A stretch of 62,998 nucleotides of DNA, counting the filler, from Octopus bimaculoides (taxonomy: Eukaryota), in the NCBI RefSeq assembly GCF_001194135.2. It is 6 parts of 6 records of this genome, joined end to end, with 100 filler letters (N's around TTAATTAATTAA, not from the genome) between each part and the next. Parts side by side here need not be neighbours in the genome. Positions count along the whole stretch, not along the records: positions 1 to 22,724 come from NC_068984.1; 5 more parts are not named here. One strand, 5' to 3'. The translations under genes and the position numbers were made by a program. Below are positions 1-13,780 of this stretch, piece by piece; the stretch's first letter is position 1, and each line of letters begins with the position of its first letter. The notes beneath the pieces were generated by a model, which did no database searches, was not told where the DNA came from, and was given only the letters and a program-made list of their open reading frames with translations.

Positions 1-251
1 TGGCGAACCCTGCTGTACTCTTCCACCACAACTTTCTCTCACTCATACTTCCTGTTTTTGTTGTGTCTGTAATTCAAAGGGTCAGCCTTGTCACACTGTG
101 TCACACTGAATATCACCGAGAACTACGTTAAGGGTACACGTGTCTGTGGAGTGCTCAGCCACTTGCACGTTAATTTCACGAGCAGGCTGTTCCGTTGATC
201 GAATCAACTGGAACCATCGACGTCGTAACCGACGGAGTGCCAACAAACAAC
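1..251 (+). mobile_element. tRNA-derived SINE family A, 3' part (5' end cut by the window edge)
   Basis: Near-identical to the 3' part of the full copies at 5732, 6530, 23960 and 44034; ends in GGAGTGCC plus a CAA-like tail. Confidence 0.9.
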
Positions 252-347
252 TTGTCATTTTATCGTTTAGTGAATGATCTCTTTCACATGAAAAAAATTG
301 ATGACTACTTAAAAGAGCTAACACACAAACACTCTCTCTCTCTCTCT

Positions 348-653
348 GCCTTTCAGACGCGCGCGCGCACACACACACGCACACACACACACACACACAC
401 ACATACTCTCTCTCTCTCTCTTTTTACCAGATTCCTCTCTCTATCTACGCAATACCGTCGATTATAAATTGTTTGTACGTGACCTTTAGATCTGGGTTTG
501 TAAATATATTTAGTATACGCATCAGATATAGCCAAATGAATCTAAATATATCCAAAGACACTCATACATACAGGCAAACATATATACATGAAAACATACA
601 TACATGCATACATACGTACATCCATCCATCCATCCATCCATCCATCCATCCAT

Positions 654-738
<85 letters not shown>

Positions 739-965
739 AACACATGCAAACATACATACATATATACATGTAAACATACATACATACATACATACATACA
801 TGCATGCCAACATGCATACATACATACGTACATACGTACGTACATACACAGACGCCTATATATCTGTATATGTGAATGTATTCTATCTATCTATCTATCT
901 ATCTATCTATCATCTATCTATCTATCTATCTATCATCTATCTATCTATCTATCTATCTATCTATT
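348..965. repeat. Compound microsatellites: (CT)n/(CA)n, then (CATC)n, (TA)n, (CATA)n, (TATC)n
   Basis: Directly visible. Confidence 0.95.
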
Positions 966-1234
966 CATTTATTTATCGATCTATCTGCGTGTGTGTTAGA
1001 AATAGTAAAATCCTCGGCACAGTAGTGTATACTTAAAAACGGAAAGAATGATTTATTTGATGGTTATTAATTTCCTATTTAATGATAAAATGTTTTGAAA
1101 TCTAAAGTCTATTTCTTCAGTGATCAAAAGATTCAAGAAACCTATGAAGCGAGTCTTAGATTTCCAAGCTTAAATCATTCTTCAAACTAGTCTTATTTCA
1201 CATCAGAGTTCTTTTAATATAGGTTGAGTAAAGC

Positions 1235-1235
<1 letters not shown>

Positions 1236-1306
<71 letters not shown>

Positions 1307-1321
1307 CTCTTTCTTTCTTTC
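1236..1321. repeat. (TTTC)n microsatellite
   Basis: Directly visible. Confidence 0.95.
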
Positions 1322-1481
1322 ACAATATAATTTATTTTTCAAACTGATAAGCACAAAAATAGGCCTCTGAAACACTTGACTTTCGAGTATAATACTTGTC
1401 AAATTACTTTCCAGTACACACCTTATATGCATAGATAAACATATAAAGATTATTTTTTTTTTAAATATTGAAATGATGGGA

Positions 1482-1596
1482 TGTGGACGAGCAGTTAAGG
1501 AGTTGGGCTTACGATCACAAGTCGTGGGTTCAATTCCTTGAACGAAGCATTTCAGTTCACGTTTTTCTAGTCTAGTCAGCAAAAATTAGTTGCAGT
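1482..1596 (+). mobile_element. Degenerate tRNA-derived SINE head (family C-like)
   Basis: A-box-like and B-box-like (GGTTCAATTCC) motifs followed by sequence resembling the family C body at 24347-24587. Confidence 0.4.
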
Positions 1597-1789
1597 CTAA
1601 CATTTGAGCAACTTTGCTTTCCTCTATCTGACACACCACCTGTCTGTCTGTCGGCAGTCATCTCTAAAGTAAATAGAGACCATCATTTTTGAAAGATATA
1701 TTTCTAGATACAAAATAATATCATTTGGTGCATTTAGACACTTAATCTAGTATTAGAGAGACGTACTTTGTGCGCTTTTTAAATATTTA

Positions 1790-2600
1790 AACCGTTTGAG
1801 TATCATGTTAATGTGTTTAGAAACTGTCTTTTGTGGAATTTCTACTCAGGCTCCACATATGTTCAATAGATTTGCCTTTGGTGTTGGTTCTCGTGACTTT
1901 TTTCGCACTACTCTGTCCTGTGTGCCCCAAAGGTGTTCATATGAAAAACTGGCTTGGCTAAGAAACACTTCTGATTTCATTTTTTCCATGCCAGTCACTG
2001 ATCGTTTGGGATGTGTGGCATGGAGCACCACCGTCCATAAATAAAGTTACATGTTTTTACCATTTGACCACTGGACAAAATTGGGAGAAGTGCTTTTCCA
2101 AGGATGGTGATGTATTTTTCCCAGCTTATGTTGCCAATACACTCCACCTGTTCTAGACAACTAATACTCCGGCTTGCTCTCCGTACAATCACTGAAAATC
2201 CATCTTGTTTCACAGTTTGTTGCAGCTGATTTAAATCATGCACTTGAATAGGCAGTCGACAGACCCACAAACATTCAGTGTCAAAAATTGTGCAAATCAT
2301 TCGTCCGAGAAAATTACAGTTTTCCAGAATCCTAGCAATATTTGCTGGCTAAAGAAGAGGTTTTCTTCTAGCTTCTCTGCATTAGTAAGCTAAATTGTTG
2401 GAGATACCTCACAGACGTACTCCGATTCATTTGAAGTTGCTCAGAGGGCCCAGGTCCACCTGAGCGGGCTGCTGTGACTCCTTTTCTTTAGCAGGAAAAT
2501 TGTATAATGACTGTTTACTCTGGTAAGAGAAATTCCAAGATTTTGAGCAGTCTTATGCTGGATTAATTCACCCTCAGATTGACCCACTATCTGCTATACG
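1790..2600 (-). pseudogene. Decayed Tc1-family (DD34E-type) transposase; boundaries approximate, TIRs not found
   Basis: Minus-strand peptides in shifting frames: WKTVIFSDE, TVKQDGFSVIV, EKYITILGKALLPIL, FMDGGAPCHTS, YEHLWG, matching Tc1 catalytic motifs. Confidence 0.8.
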
Positions 2601-3653
2601 TTCTGTTTAAAAATCAAACAACTGTTTTGTTTCTGCTGTCCACAGCACGGCTTGTCGCTACAAACAATATACTGAAATTTGAGATGAAAAATAATAATGC
2701 ATTAACAAGTTTGAAGAACCAGGTATTGCCCGCACAAATAAAACGGTATAATGAGCGTCTATTTACATTCGAGACGTCTGTATACATACATACATACATA
2801 CATACATACATACATACATACATACATACATTTACTCTACCTAGATTGCAGGTTTAAGTTTATACCTGTAATTACTGGGGTACAGGGATATGTAACACAC
2901 TGCCTAAGCACCAGTCTTGAGGAATTGGGCTTCTCAAAACTAGAAAGGAGAGAGTTGATTCGAGGACTACAGATCTGTAAAAACTGTAAAACTTTCCAGA
3001 AGTTTATCATTTAAGTATATATGCGCATGTCTAGAAATGCAATTATATGCATGAAAATATATGCATAAAACAAAGCATACAAATCTGCACATGCACTGAG
3101 TCCAAATACTGCACATATACACACATGCATGCAAAAATACTCTGTTGATGCTGTTGAAATTCCAATGAAGGAGGCTTGGATCTAGGTTACAAACCAGCTC
3201 TTACTCTATTGGCAAGAAATCTTGAAATAAAACTGAATAATAACATATACACATACATTCATGCATGCATGCATGCGTACATACATACATACATACATAC
3301 ATACATACATACATACATGTGTGTGTGTGTTTATATGTGTAGTAGAAAGACACATCATTTAATAAACTCTTCCATTAATCGTCTGCGAAATGCATTAAGC
3401 AATTAATCACTAATAAAGTCGGAGTATTACACTGAATTATTGAGAATTTATAGTGAGATTGACCGGAAAATAAGTTCTAATAACTAATTGCTTTCTTGTT
3501 CTGTATACGAACAGATGTTTTTACGTGCATTATGATGTGTTACTGGAGGAAGTCAGCATTCGTTTCATTTGTTATTTTCATACTAATAGGGGGAAACATA
3601 TTTCTTCTTCTAAGAAAAAGCAAAACTGGTTTTTGATTTTGTCGACTACTCAG

Positions 3654-4165
3654 TATATTAGGGTCAGTTGGGCACCGTCTGTGAGAAAAACAGCACCGTG
3701 ACGCAATTCACTCTACCATAAATTTGGAAACGACATGCTGTACTACTTGGCATTGGCGCCGGAAGCTCCAATACGAACATTTCAGAGTGTTTGAGTGTCA
3801 ATCTAAGGATAGTGCATTCTGTGGACATGTACCGAGAGTGGTAAAAATCAAACATTCAATCAGCATCATGGTGTTTGGAGTGATCAATAGTGATGACGAC
3901 GCTATGCCTTCATTCATCTTCCAATACGGCCTCAGACTCGACACAGAGGCCTACATCGAGTGCCTGGAGGGTGGCTGCTGTAAGATCTTATGTCTGTCAA
4001 CAGCACTCCGCACCATGCTACACAAGCAGAAGAACCCAGTCGTAGCTATCAGACAATTTCTGCCACCACGTCACCACTAACATCTGGCCACCCAATTCCT
4101 CAGACTGCAACCCCCTTCATTATTATGTGTGGGGCGCAGTTGAGCGAGAGACCAAGAATATTGCT
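3654..4165 (+). mobile_element. Internally deleted maT/Bmmar1-like (DD37D) DNA transposon remnant
   Basis: Peptides IMVFGVI, GLRLDTEAYIECLE, WPPNSSDCNPLHYYVWGAVERET; homologous to 47800-48606. Confidence 0.8.
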
Positions 4166-4343
4166 TGTAACACCAAAATGATGATCCTTTACCCTTTCTA
4201 TTTCCGTTGGTATAAACAGTTAGTGCCGTATTTTACACTCTTCAATATCTCAGTTCCTAATTAAATTATCAACATTGTTATATCGAATACAGTTTATTTT
4301 AACAACAAATCACCTTAAAGTAAAACACAATTAAGCTAAGAGA

Positions 4344-4394
<51 letters not shown>

Positions 4395-4797
4395 NNNNNN
4401 NNNNNNNNNNNNNNNNNNNNNNNNNNNNNNNNNNNNNNNNNNNNNNNNNNNNNNNNNNNNNNNNNNNNNNNNNNNNNNNNNNNNNNNNNNNNNNNNNNNN
4501 NNNNNNNNNNNNNNNNNNNNNNNNNNNNNNNNNNNNNNNNNNNNNNNNNNNNNNNNNNNNNNNNNNNNNNNNNNNNNNNNNNNNNNNNNNNNNNNNNNNN
4601 NNNNNNNNNNNNNNNNNNNNNNNNNNNNNNNNNNNNNNNNNNNNNNNNNNNNNNNNNNNNNNNNNNNNNNNNNNNNNNNNNNNNNNNNNNNNNNNNNNNN
4701 NNNNNNNNNNNNNNNNNNNNNNNNNNNNNNNNNNNNNNNNNNNNNNNNNNNNNNNNNNNNNNNNNNNNNNNNNNNNNNNNNNNNNNNNNNNNNNNNN

Positions 4798-4834
<37 letters not shown>

Positions 4835-4891
4835 GATATCTTTTTTAACAAAGTAAACAACAGGTTGTACGGAGTGCCGCATGGATAAATC

Positions 4892-5076
4892 AAAGGTAGA
4901 ACAGAAAGAACACGACAATATATACCTATGCACATACACGATAAATGGGCGAAACTACAAGGACATTCCGGACTCCGACTGATGAACTATCGGCTGTGAA
5001 CGATCCGTGTATCTTGTTTTTGTCCTGTCTGCCGTTTGTCGTGCTATCGTCTATGTGTTCTCTCTGTTCTACCTTT
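4892..5076. repeat. Imperfect inverted-repeat (hairpin/MITE-like) segment
   Basis: 4892-4913 is the reverse complement of 5055-5076 at 21/22 positions; inner arm CACGACAA (4911-4918) / TTGTCGTG (5036-5043). Confidence 0.65.
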
Positions 5077-5096
5077 TATTTATACATACATACATG

Positions 5097-5136
<40 letters not shown>

Positions 5137-5731
5137 TATCAAAGCAGGAAGTAACTAAATGTGAATTACAACAATTTGTTCATCACTCATTGCGTACGCG
5201 TTTTGGTCTATAAGGCAACGTCTTCATGTCTTCATAACTTTTTTGTGTAATAACAATGAAACTGCTTATTAAATTCAAAGAATTATATTTCAAGAAAGAT
5301 TATATTGCAAGAAAAATCCATTGTCTCTGTATGGCTCTTGTATTATGATGTAGGTATTGTCGAAGCTATAAATAGTTGTTGCTGCGGATTAAACCTTATG
5401 AACAATGATTTAAAATGAATATGTATTGTGTGCTTATGTGTGTACATATATATATGTGTGCGTGTGTGTGTGTGTGTGTGCATAATTTTCGTGACATAAA
5501 CAACGTTAGCCTTGTTTTCATAAGAGTAAACACAGACAGTTTTATTATAAACTCTTTCTCTCTCCATATGCTCACACACACACACACACACAGGTATATA
5601 TATATTGTTTATATCGTAAGAACTTAGAAACTTCGAGAGAACATGAAATAATTCATTTTTTTTAATTGCAGAACTCAGTGTAGATAAAGCCTTAAATAAT
5701 AGCATGTAAATATATCATGTGATGGTAATAA

Positions 5732-6111
5732 GTGGTGGCACTCCGTCGCTTACGACGTCGAGGGTTTCAGTTGATCCGATCAACGGAACAGCCTGCTCGT
5801 GAAATTAACGTGCAAATGGCTGAGCACTCCACAGACACGTGTACCCAAAACGTAGTTCTCGGGGATATTCAGCGTGACACAGTATGATATGGCTGACCCC
5901 TTGAATTACAGGCACACCAGAAACAGGAAGTAAGAGTGAGAGAAAGTTGTGGTGAAAGAGTACAGCAGGGTTCGCCACCATCCCCTGTTGGAGCCTCATG
6001 GAGCTTTAGGTGTTTTCGGTCAATAAACACTCACAACGCCCGGTCTGGGAATCGAAACCGCGATCCTATAACCGCGAGTCCGCTGCCCTAACCACTGGGC
6101 CATTGCGCCTC
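5732..6111 (-). mobile_element. Full-length tRNA-derived SINE family A (possibly an octopus OR-type SINE)
   Basis: A box TGGCCCAGTGGTTAGG, B box GGTTTCGATTCC; 11-bp TSD GATGGTAATAA at 5721-5731 and 6112-6122. Confidence 0.95.
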
Positions 6112-6529
6112 GATGGTAATAAACATAAGGGACAACACAAGGAGAGAAATATTTGACAAATATGGTATTAGCTTAACGCTTCACTGGGAAAGGGGAGTGA
6201 GAAAGAGAAATAGTCAGTGTATAAAAAGAGGGAGAGGAAGGATACAGGAGAAAGGCGTAAGGTTAGAAACTACGTGGAAAAGCTATTCTATGGAGTACTT
6301 AAGAATGGAAGACAGGTCGGGTATCTAAATGTATGTATCAAAGTGTATCTGTTTCTAGAAGTAAGCATAAGAGGAAGTAGTGTATGTATGTTAGCGTAGT
6401 GTATGGATGTATATAAATGTGCGCAAGAGTGAAAGTATAGTGGCATTGGTTAATAGAGGTTTCGGCGTTGAGGTGTGTCTAGTTATTAGATATGTAATGG
6501 GAAAGCGTGCATGTGAGGAGGTGTGGATG

Positions 6530-6935
6530 TTGTTGTTGTTGTTGTTGGCACTCCGTCGCTTACGACGTCGAGGGTTCCAGTTGATCCGATCAATGGAACA
6601 GCCTGCTCGTGAAATTAACGTGCAAGTGGCTGAGCACTCCACAGACACGNNNNNNNNNNTGCCCTTAACGTAGTTCTCACGGATATTCAGCGTGACACAG
6701 TGTGTGACAAGGCTGATCCTTTGAATTACAGGCACAACAGAAACAAGAAGTAAGAGTGAGAGAAAGTTGTGGTGAAAGAGTACAGCAGGGTTCGCCACCA
6801 TCCCTTGCCGGAGCCTCGTGGAGCTTTTAGGTGTTTTCGGTCAATAAACACTCACAACGCCCGGTCTGGGAATCGAAATCGCGATTCAATGACCGCGAGT
6901 CCGCTGCCCTAACCACTGGGCCATTGCGCCTCCAC
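6530..6935 (-). mobile_element. Full-length SINE family A with (CAA)n tail
   Basis: Same A and B boxes; 10-bp TSD GGTGTGGATG at 6520-6529 and 6936-6945. Confidence 0.95.
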
Positions 6936-9900
6936 GGTGTGGATGAGTGTAAAGGAATGTATTGATAGCGCACATGTGATGGCATAGAAAGATGGAAGGT
7001 GTTATTTATGTGTGTATAGTGCATAAAAAAGCAAGTAGAGGCGGAAAACGGGTTTTCAAGTGTGCAGTTGCGAACAAAGAGGGAAGGTTTAAATTAAAAT
7101 TCGAAAATAAGAGAAAAATGTTTGGATTCTGTAATGAGAAGGAAAAATAAAAAGCAAAAACGATGGTAAAATGTACAGAGAAATTGTAAGAATGTTCAGA
7201 AGATAGTTAAAATGTGCAGGTAAATGAAATAATCAGGATCAAGAAGGAGAAAAAGGCAAATGTTCATACACACATGATGCAGAGAAGAAAAGAAATGGGA
7301 GCGGAGGTGAGAGAGGAATCGAATGGTCTTTTGTTTTAGAGAAGAGAGTGCGTAAGGAGAAGAAAGCAACAGGAGGAGTGGTGTGGTCTGTGAAGGTGGG
7401 TGTTGGCAAATTAAAGAGTGAGTAGCGGTCGAGCACAAGTGACGGACGGGGCGAGGGTAAGAAAGAAATCGGTGATTCAAAGGTATCAACTAAAACAAGG
7501 AGTGCTCATGTATAGAAAGATGTGTGTGAGTATGTGTGTGTGTATGCGTGTATGTGTGTATGGCCGTGCTTGAATGTACACCAAGTGTAAGTATGTGCAT
7601 GTATGTATGTGTGTTGCATGTCAATGTGTGTGTATATATGTATATTTATGTGTGTATAGGTCGAGAGAATGAATNNNNNNNNNNNNNNNNNNNNNNNNNN
7701 NNNNNNNNNNNNNNNNNNNNNNNNNNNNNNNNNNNNNNNNNNNNNNNNNNNNNNNNNNNNNNNNNNNNNNNNNNNNNNNNNNNNNNNNNNNNNNNNNNNN
7801 NNNNNNNNNNNNNNNNNNNNNNNNNNNNNNNNNNNNNNNNNNNNNNNNNNNNNNNNNNNNNNNNNNNNNNNNNNNNNNNNNNNNNNNNNNNNNNNNNNNN
7901 NNNNNNNNNTGTGAAGGTTAGGTGGGTGTCCCCGCATATCTATCTGTGAGTATCAAAGAGGAAAGATGGCAGGTAAACAGAAGTGTATGTGTGCGTGCAT
8001 GTGTGTGTGTGTGTGTATGTGTGTGTGTGTGTATGTGTGTGTGTGTGTGAAAGAAAGAAAAATTGCTGAATTGAGGTGCATATATGTGTGTTTATATACG
8101 TGTATAATTGAAGGATGTGAAGGAGTGAAGGCAAAGGGGTTGCACAAAAGGAAGTGTGTGTTTGCGGAATCTGTGTTAATGTAGGTGTGTGTGAATGGTG
8201 TGTGTGTGTGTGTGTGTAAATAAAATAGTTGGGTGTAAGGGGATGGAAGTATGTTTAATTGTCAGAACTTCGAAATAAAACTTATTTTGATGATCAAATC
8301 GGTGGTAAAAGAACAAGATCATCGCACGGTGTTTGTCCTAAATATCTTTCTTGTCAGATTTATAGAAGCAATTCTGCCAATGTTTCATTCAGTTTGAACC
8401 CTGAAAGCAAGAGTACAGACTCATGGCTATTTGTAGTATAGATAAAAGTTCTATATGACTGTACGAAAATGTAGCTATTTAGTGATTTGCACTAAGTCGC
8501 ATGACCGAAAAGAGAAACAACCACTGAAAAAAATGCGTATTCGTTTATCGAAAAGAGAAAGAAAAAATATTACATTCACATAACTGTTTTCTTCTTTTCT
8601 GGTTTCAATCATTGGATCGTAGCCATATCGGGTAACACAACTGCCATGTGTTTATAATCGTTCATATCGACCTTCTGTACATTCTCTGGTCCTGATTTTG
8701 GTTAACATGCGGTTTAAATGGTTAAAAAACATTTATGTAAATTGATTGGAAGTGACAACGGTGAAATTCAGTAATTTCATGGTAAGCTATAATAAATTGA
8801 TAGGAACAACGCTTCTGCTTCTTGTTTCTTTCTGTACAGCTCATTAGTTGAGTAGGAGTATTACATTGTTCTCATATAAATGTGTTGGCTATCATGCACC
8901 TACACACATTTGTGTTCGTTGCTGCTTGTAGTATGTTGGAGTGGTGCACTTCAGCTGTTATTTCTGAAATACTTAAGATATCATTAGACGGTACTATACA
9001 TGAAGATTCCTTTCGATTCGGTATAATGAAGACGTTCTGTTAATAAAATTAAGGGATTTCACCAGTTCATCGTAGGTTCTCTTTTCGAAATTATGGAATG
9101 TTACTGTCGTCATTTTCCTCAATTTACTTGCATTTTAAAAATTTCTAAATGAATGTTAAATCTTATTTCATCGATTTTATAATATAGAAATTGCAGAGTG
9201 TTTATTGGCAATAGAGGAAATAACTCAGACGGACATTAAAACCGCTGGGTATTGCTGTTCGAGTGCACCGGAGTTTTTTCCTCTCTATTTTTATGGTGTT
9301 GAAAGAAGAATAAAAATGTAAAATACGAAAAAGGGATTTTTTGTCACTGTAAATTAGTCGGGTCTGCGGTAAGGATTCTGCTTATTGGCAAACGATAGCA
9401 GATACAAATTTGATAAGAATTTACCACGAAATACATATTCATTTTATGATGTGAAAATATTTCAGGAGTTTTACTCTTTATGCTGAGTTTCATGAAATTT
9501 GTGAAATTAGTTATATCATACAGGGAGTGTCTCATCCTCTACGTGTCAGTAATAATGCTATTATTTGGTATCTATTGCTGTGGTGATACTGCTGGAGACT
9601 TCAGCGCTTTTTGTAATTGCTTTACCAAATCGACGTTATTAATCATAATTAATACTTATAGTGTCTTTATCGCTGTCGTCTCCATTAGAATGTCTTTCAT
9701 GATCGAACAACTTCTCCAACTCATTCAGAAAAGTATATTTTTCAAGGCAACATAACATAAAAATAGATTTTACCTAATACCATGTAATAAAGATTTCCAC
9801 ACAGTTTAGCATAGAGCTTTCTTAAGGAATAATGATAAAAGAAAATTGATAGTTGGACAGTAAATCATTTTGAAGTAACTTAAATGTAAATCATTTTACA

Positions 9901-10914
9901 AATATATTTATATATATTTGCATAACAACCAGTGTAATTTACAAGAGAAATAAAAGATGAGAGAGATATAGCGAGAGAGAAAAATAAAAGAAAACTGTAA
10001 AAGCAAAGTAAAGATGAGAAAAAGAGAGAGAGAGCGAAAGAGATGAAGAAAGAGACAAAAAAGAATGTTAAAGCTAGAAACATTAAATGAATCGCAAAAA
10101 GAATAAAATTTCTGATGAGACAGAGTAAGAGACAAGATTACATTTATATGAATGCTTTTTACAAAACTTATCATTCCGTGTTTAGTGGTACTTAGTCTTG
10201 AATGATAGTTAACAATTTTGTTCATGCAATTTCTGTCGGCAGAAGTATAAAGTCTTCAAAGTAATACAAATGAAATATCTATATGTATTTTTTTTCCTTT
10301 TCGTGCTCCCAATACTATTATAAAATTGAATAGGTTTAATAACAAACCTAAAATTAAAACAAAACATATATTTTCCATATTTATATAAAATAAAAATATC
10401 TTTGTGTGTCGATTTTGACACGCGTGTTAAGAATTTTGAAACATCATTCTAATAAACACATAACACTTCAGATCATAATAGAAGACGTTCGCATTGTAGA
10501 TTTTCCTTCGTATGAATTAAATATTAGTAACGTTCTGTGCTATAATTTTAAACAGTTCACTGCTTGTTAAAGCATTGTGCATTGTATTTTTACACACGCA
10601 ACACCATGTTGTTATAATTAGGTTTTGGCAACTGAGGCTACACTTGACAGCTGAAACACTGCGTAATTAATAAATACTTTATTTACTTGCAGAATTGGGT
10701 AAAATATCTTCTACGCGTCTGGCGACTGCCATGGAGGGGTGGGGGGGTCTTCTGTAACCACTTTGTTTCAGTATCTCTCGAAATTTAGGCCAGTCTTAAT
10801 ATACAAAATAACTGATCGTGTACTCTAATTACAAGTTCTCATGATCGCTAATTAACTCCGGGTCAGCACTACCACAGCAGGCTTGTAATGAAAACGGCCC
10901 GGCGGTAATCTTAC

Positions 10915-11041
10915 CGTTCTTCTCTAGAGTCAGTTCATATCTAAGAACATCCAATGTGTCCCTCCATAATACTGTATAATTTGTGGGAATGTTGCTACTT
11001 ATAGCATGTCGTGCAATTAAACAGTTTTCTTTTTGGCTCCT
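10915..11041 (-). CDS. Candidate internal exon of an unidentified gene (RSQKENCLIARHAISSNIPTNYTVLWRDTLDVLRYELTLEKN-G)
   Basis: Open frame between a CAG acceptor and a G|GTAAGA donor; weak resemblance to NIDO/PLXDC-like motifs; not confirmed. Confidence 0.25.
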
Positions 11042-12584
11042 CTGAATGTACAACAGTCTACCCAGTAAACTATGGCTACCCAGGCACCCGTCACAAGAGA
11101 AACCTTCCTATTTTTCTCGAACCATTTTTCGAGTTCACTCAACTGGCAAGATAACTACAACCAAATGTCCTTCGAGTCATACCGTTTTCTATTTAAAAAA
11201 AAGATTATATTGAATAAGGATATAATTGAAAATGAACAACAGCAAAACACGGGAGGGTCACTACAGAAGCCCCGTTGATCATATGTTTTCTTTATCAGTG
11301 CTGATCTGGTTCTAAGCAACAACAACATTTGTAACACCCTATTTTCTTTTACATAAAATATTTAAAAAAAGAAACCCTTCCTTATAATTTTAGATAGAAA
11401 ATACTACTCTGAAGACACGCTTTTTCTCCACATATAAAGATAGAGGCTACAAGAAACAAAACATGCTGAGCTTTAAGCTAAAAGACATTTCACCCAAATA
11501 TGTACTTGATGCTTCTCTTGTATGGATGAATACATCAACATTTACAATGTCACACTTGGCTCTTGCCCATTATTTAGAAAATAATGTTTTCTGTAGAATA
11601 AGCTCTGATCTGATTAAGACAGGAAATCTCTTTATTATACTAAATTATATAAGCCTGTCGTTGTTTCATATCGATTTTTACTTATACTTTGTCACATTGC
11701 GATTAATACTCAGCAAATTAAATCTTATGTCCCCAAGATAGATTCCTTTTGACTACACACAAGGCCAGATGCTGTTTATTCAATAGAAGCAACTATAGTG
11801 TCTTACTTGAGTTTACACTGAAAATGAATGAAAACGATACCAAGTCAGACAGTGAACAGAAATTGCAGAAGACAATGAAAGCTGAATATAGTAAAACATA
11901 TAGCTCAATGGATTTATCAATTAAAGAACAAGAGACATCGCATGATTTACTGGCGAGAATTTAGTGTTAATTTAACAACTCTGCGTTATGCTGTCCATCC
12001 ACCATCGTCATTTGTCTCCTACATTTAGATGTTTGAATGTTATCATTATCTAGATGTGAACATACTCGCTGTAGCACAATCTTAGCTTGATTCATATTCT
12101 CATTGTTATATATGCCGGGGTCTATAGAAGAAAATAGATCTGATGATATTCAAAAAGCCTGCAGATTTAAAACAAAAACTCACTGAGTCAAAATACTCAC
12201 TTAAAACGCGACATTAGTAACAGGAAGCAATTAAACTGTTTTTTGACACCTATTGAGAGTGGTTATTTTTTTACTTATCTATTTCCACTATCTTATACCA
12301 ACTTCCACAGGTTATGTTTTCCTCTTTTGCACAGAAAATAACCAACAAATAGAAGTCAAGAAAGAAATATCAAATGTTATTGTCAGGAATTGAGGAAAAG
12401 CAAATCTAGATGCAACTTTCATTGACACTAGTAATTTAATAATGATGATGATGATGATAAGTGCCCCTGCCACTTCCCTTCCCAACGCTTTCAGTCATAC
12501 TGTAACCTCTCTTAGCCTTCACTTGCTCTACAACGCTGGGTGCATCTCGGCAAGTGATTGTAACAAACATGCAGATTAAAAGTA

Positions 12585-12586
<2 letters not shown>

Positions 12587-12661
<75 letters not shown>
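12587..12661. repeat. (TAA)n microsatellite abutting a gap
   Basis: Directly visible. Confidence 0.95.
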
Positions 12662-13696
12662 NNNNNNNNNNNNNNNNNNNNNNNNNNNNNNNNNNNNNNN
12701 NNNNNNNNNNNNNNNNNNNNNNNNNNNNNNNNNNNNNNNNNNNNNNNNNNNNNNNNNNNNNNNNNNNNNNNNNNNNNNNNNNNNNNNNNNNNNNNNNNNN
12801 NNNNNNNNNNNNNNNNNNNNNNNNNNNNNNNNNNNNNNNNNNNNNNNNNNNNNNNNNNNNNNNNNNNNNNNNNNNNNNNNNNNNNNNNNNNNNNNNNNNN
12901 NNNNNNNNNNNNNNNNNNNNNNNNNNNNNNNNNNNNNNNNNNNNNNNNNNNNNNNNNNNNNNNNNNNNNNNNNNNNNNNNNNNNNNNNNNNNNNNNNNNN
13001 NNNNNNNNNNNNNNNNNNNNNNNNNNNNNNNNNNNNNNNNNNNNNNNNNNNNNNNNNNNNNNNNNNNNNNNNNNNNNNNNNNNNNNNNNNNNNNNNNNNN
13101 NNNNNNNNNNNNNNNNNNNNNNNNNNNNNNNNNNNNNNNNNNNNNNNNNNNNNNNNNNNNNNNNNNNNNNNNNNNNNNNNNNNNNNNNNNNNNNNNNNNN
13201 NNNNNNNNNNNNNNNNNNNNNNNNNNNNNNNNNNNNNNNNNNNNNNNNNNNNNNNNNNNNNNNNNNNNNNNNNNNNNNNNNNNNNNNNNNNNNNNNNNNN
13301 NNNNNNNNNNNNNNNNNNNNNNNNNNNNNNNNNNNNNNNNNNNNNNNNNNNNNNNNNNNNNNNNNNNNNNNNNNNNNNNNNNNNNNNNNNNNNNNNNNNN
13401 NNNNNNNNNNNNNNNNNNNNNNNNNNNNNNNNNNNNNNNNNNNNNNNNNNNNNNNNNNNNNNNNNNNNNNNNNNNNNNNNNNNNNNNNNNNNNNNNNNNN
13501 NNNNNNNNNNNNNNNNNNNNNNNNNNNNNNNNNNNNNNNNNNNNNNNNNNNNNNNNNNNNNNNNNNNNNNNNNNNNNNNNNNNNNNNNNNNNNNNNNNNN
13601 NNNNNNNNNNNNNNNNNNNNNNNNNAGACTTGGATCCAACTTGTACAAATGCAAAACAAAAGTCAAACATATAATAATATTAATAATAATAATGAT

Positions 13697-13699
13697 GAC

Positions 13700-13779
<80 letters not shown>
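13697..13779. repeat. (TAA)n microsatellite
   Basis: Directly visible. Confidence 0.95.
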
Positions 13780-13780
13780 G

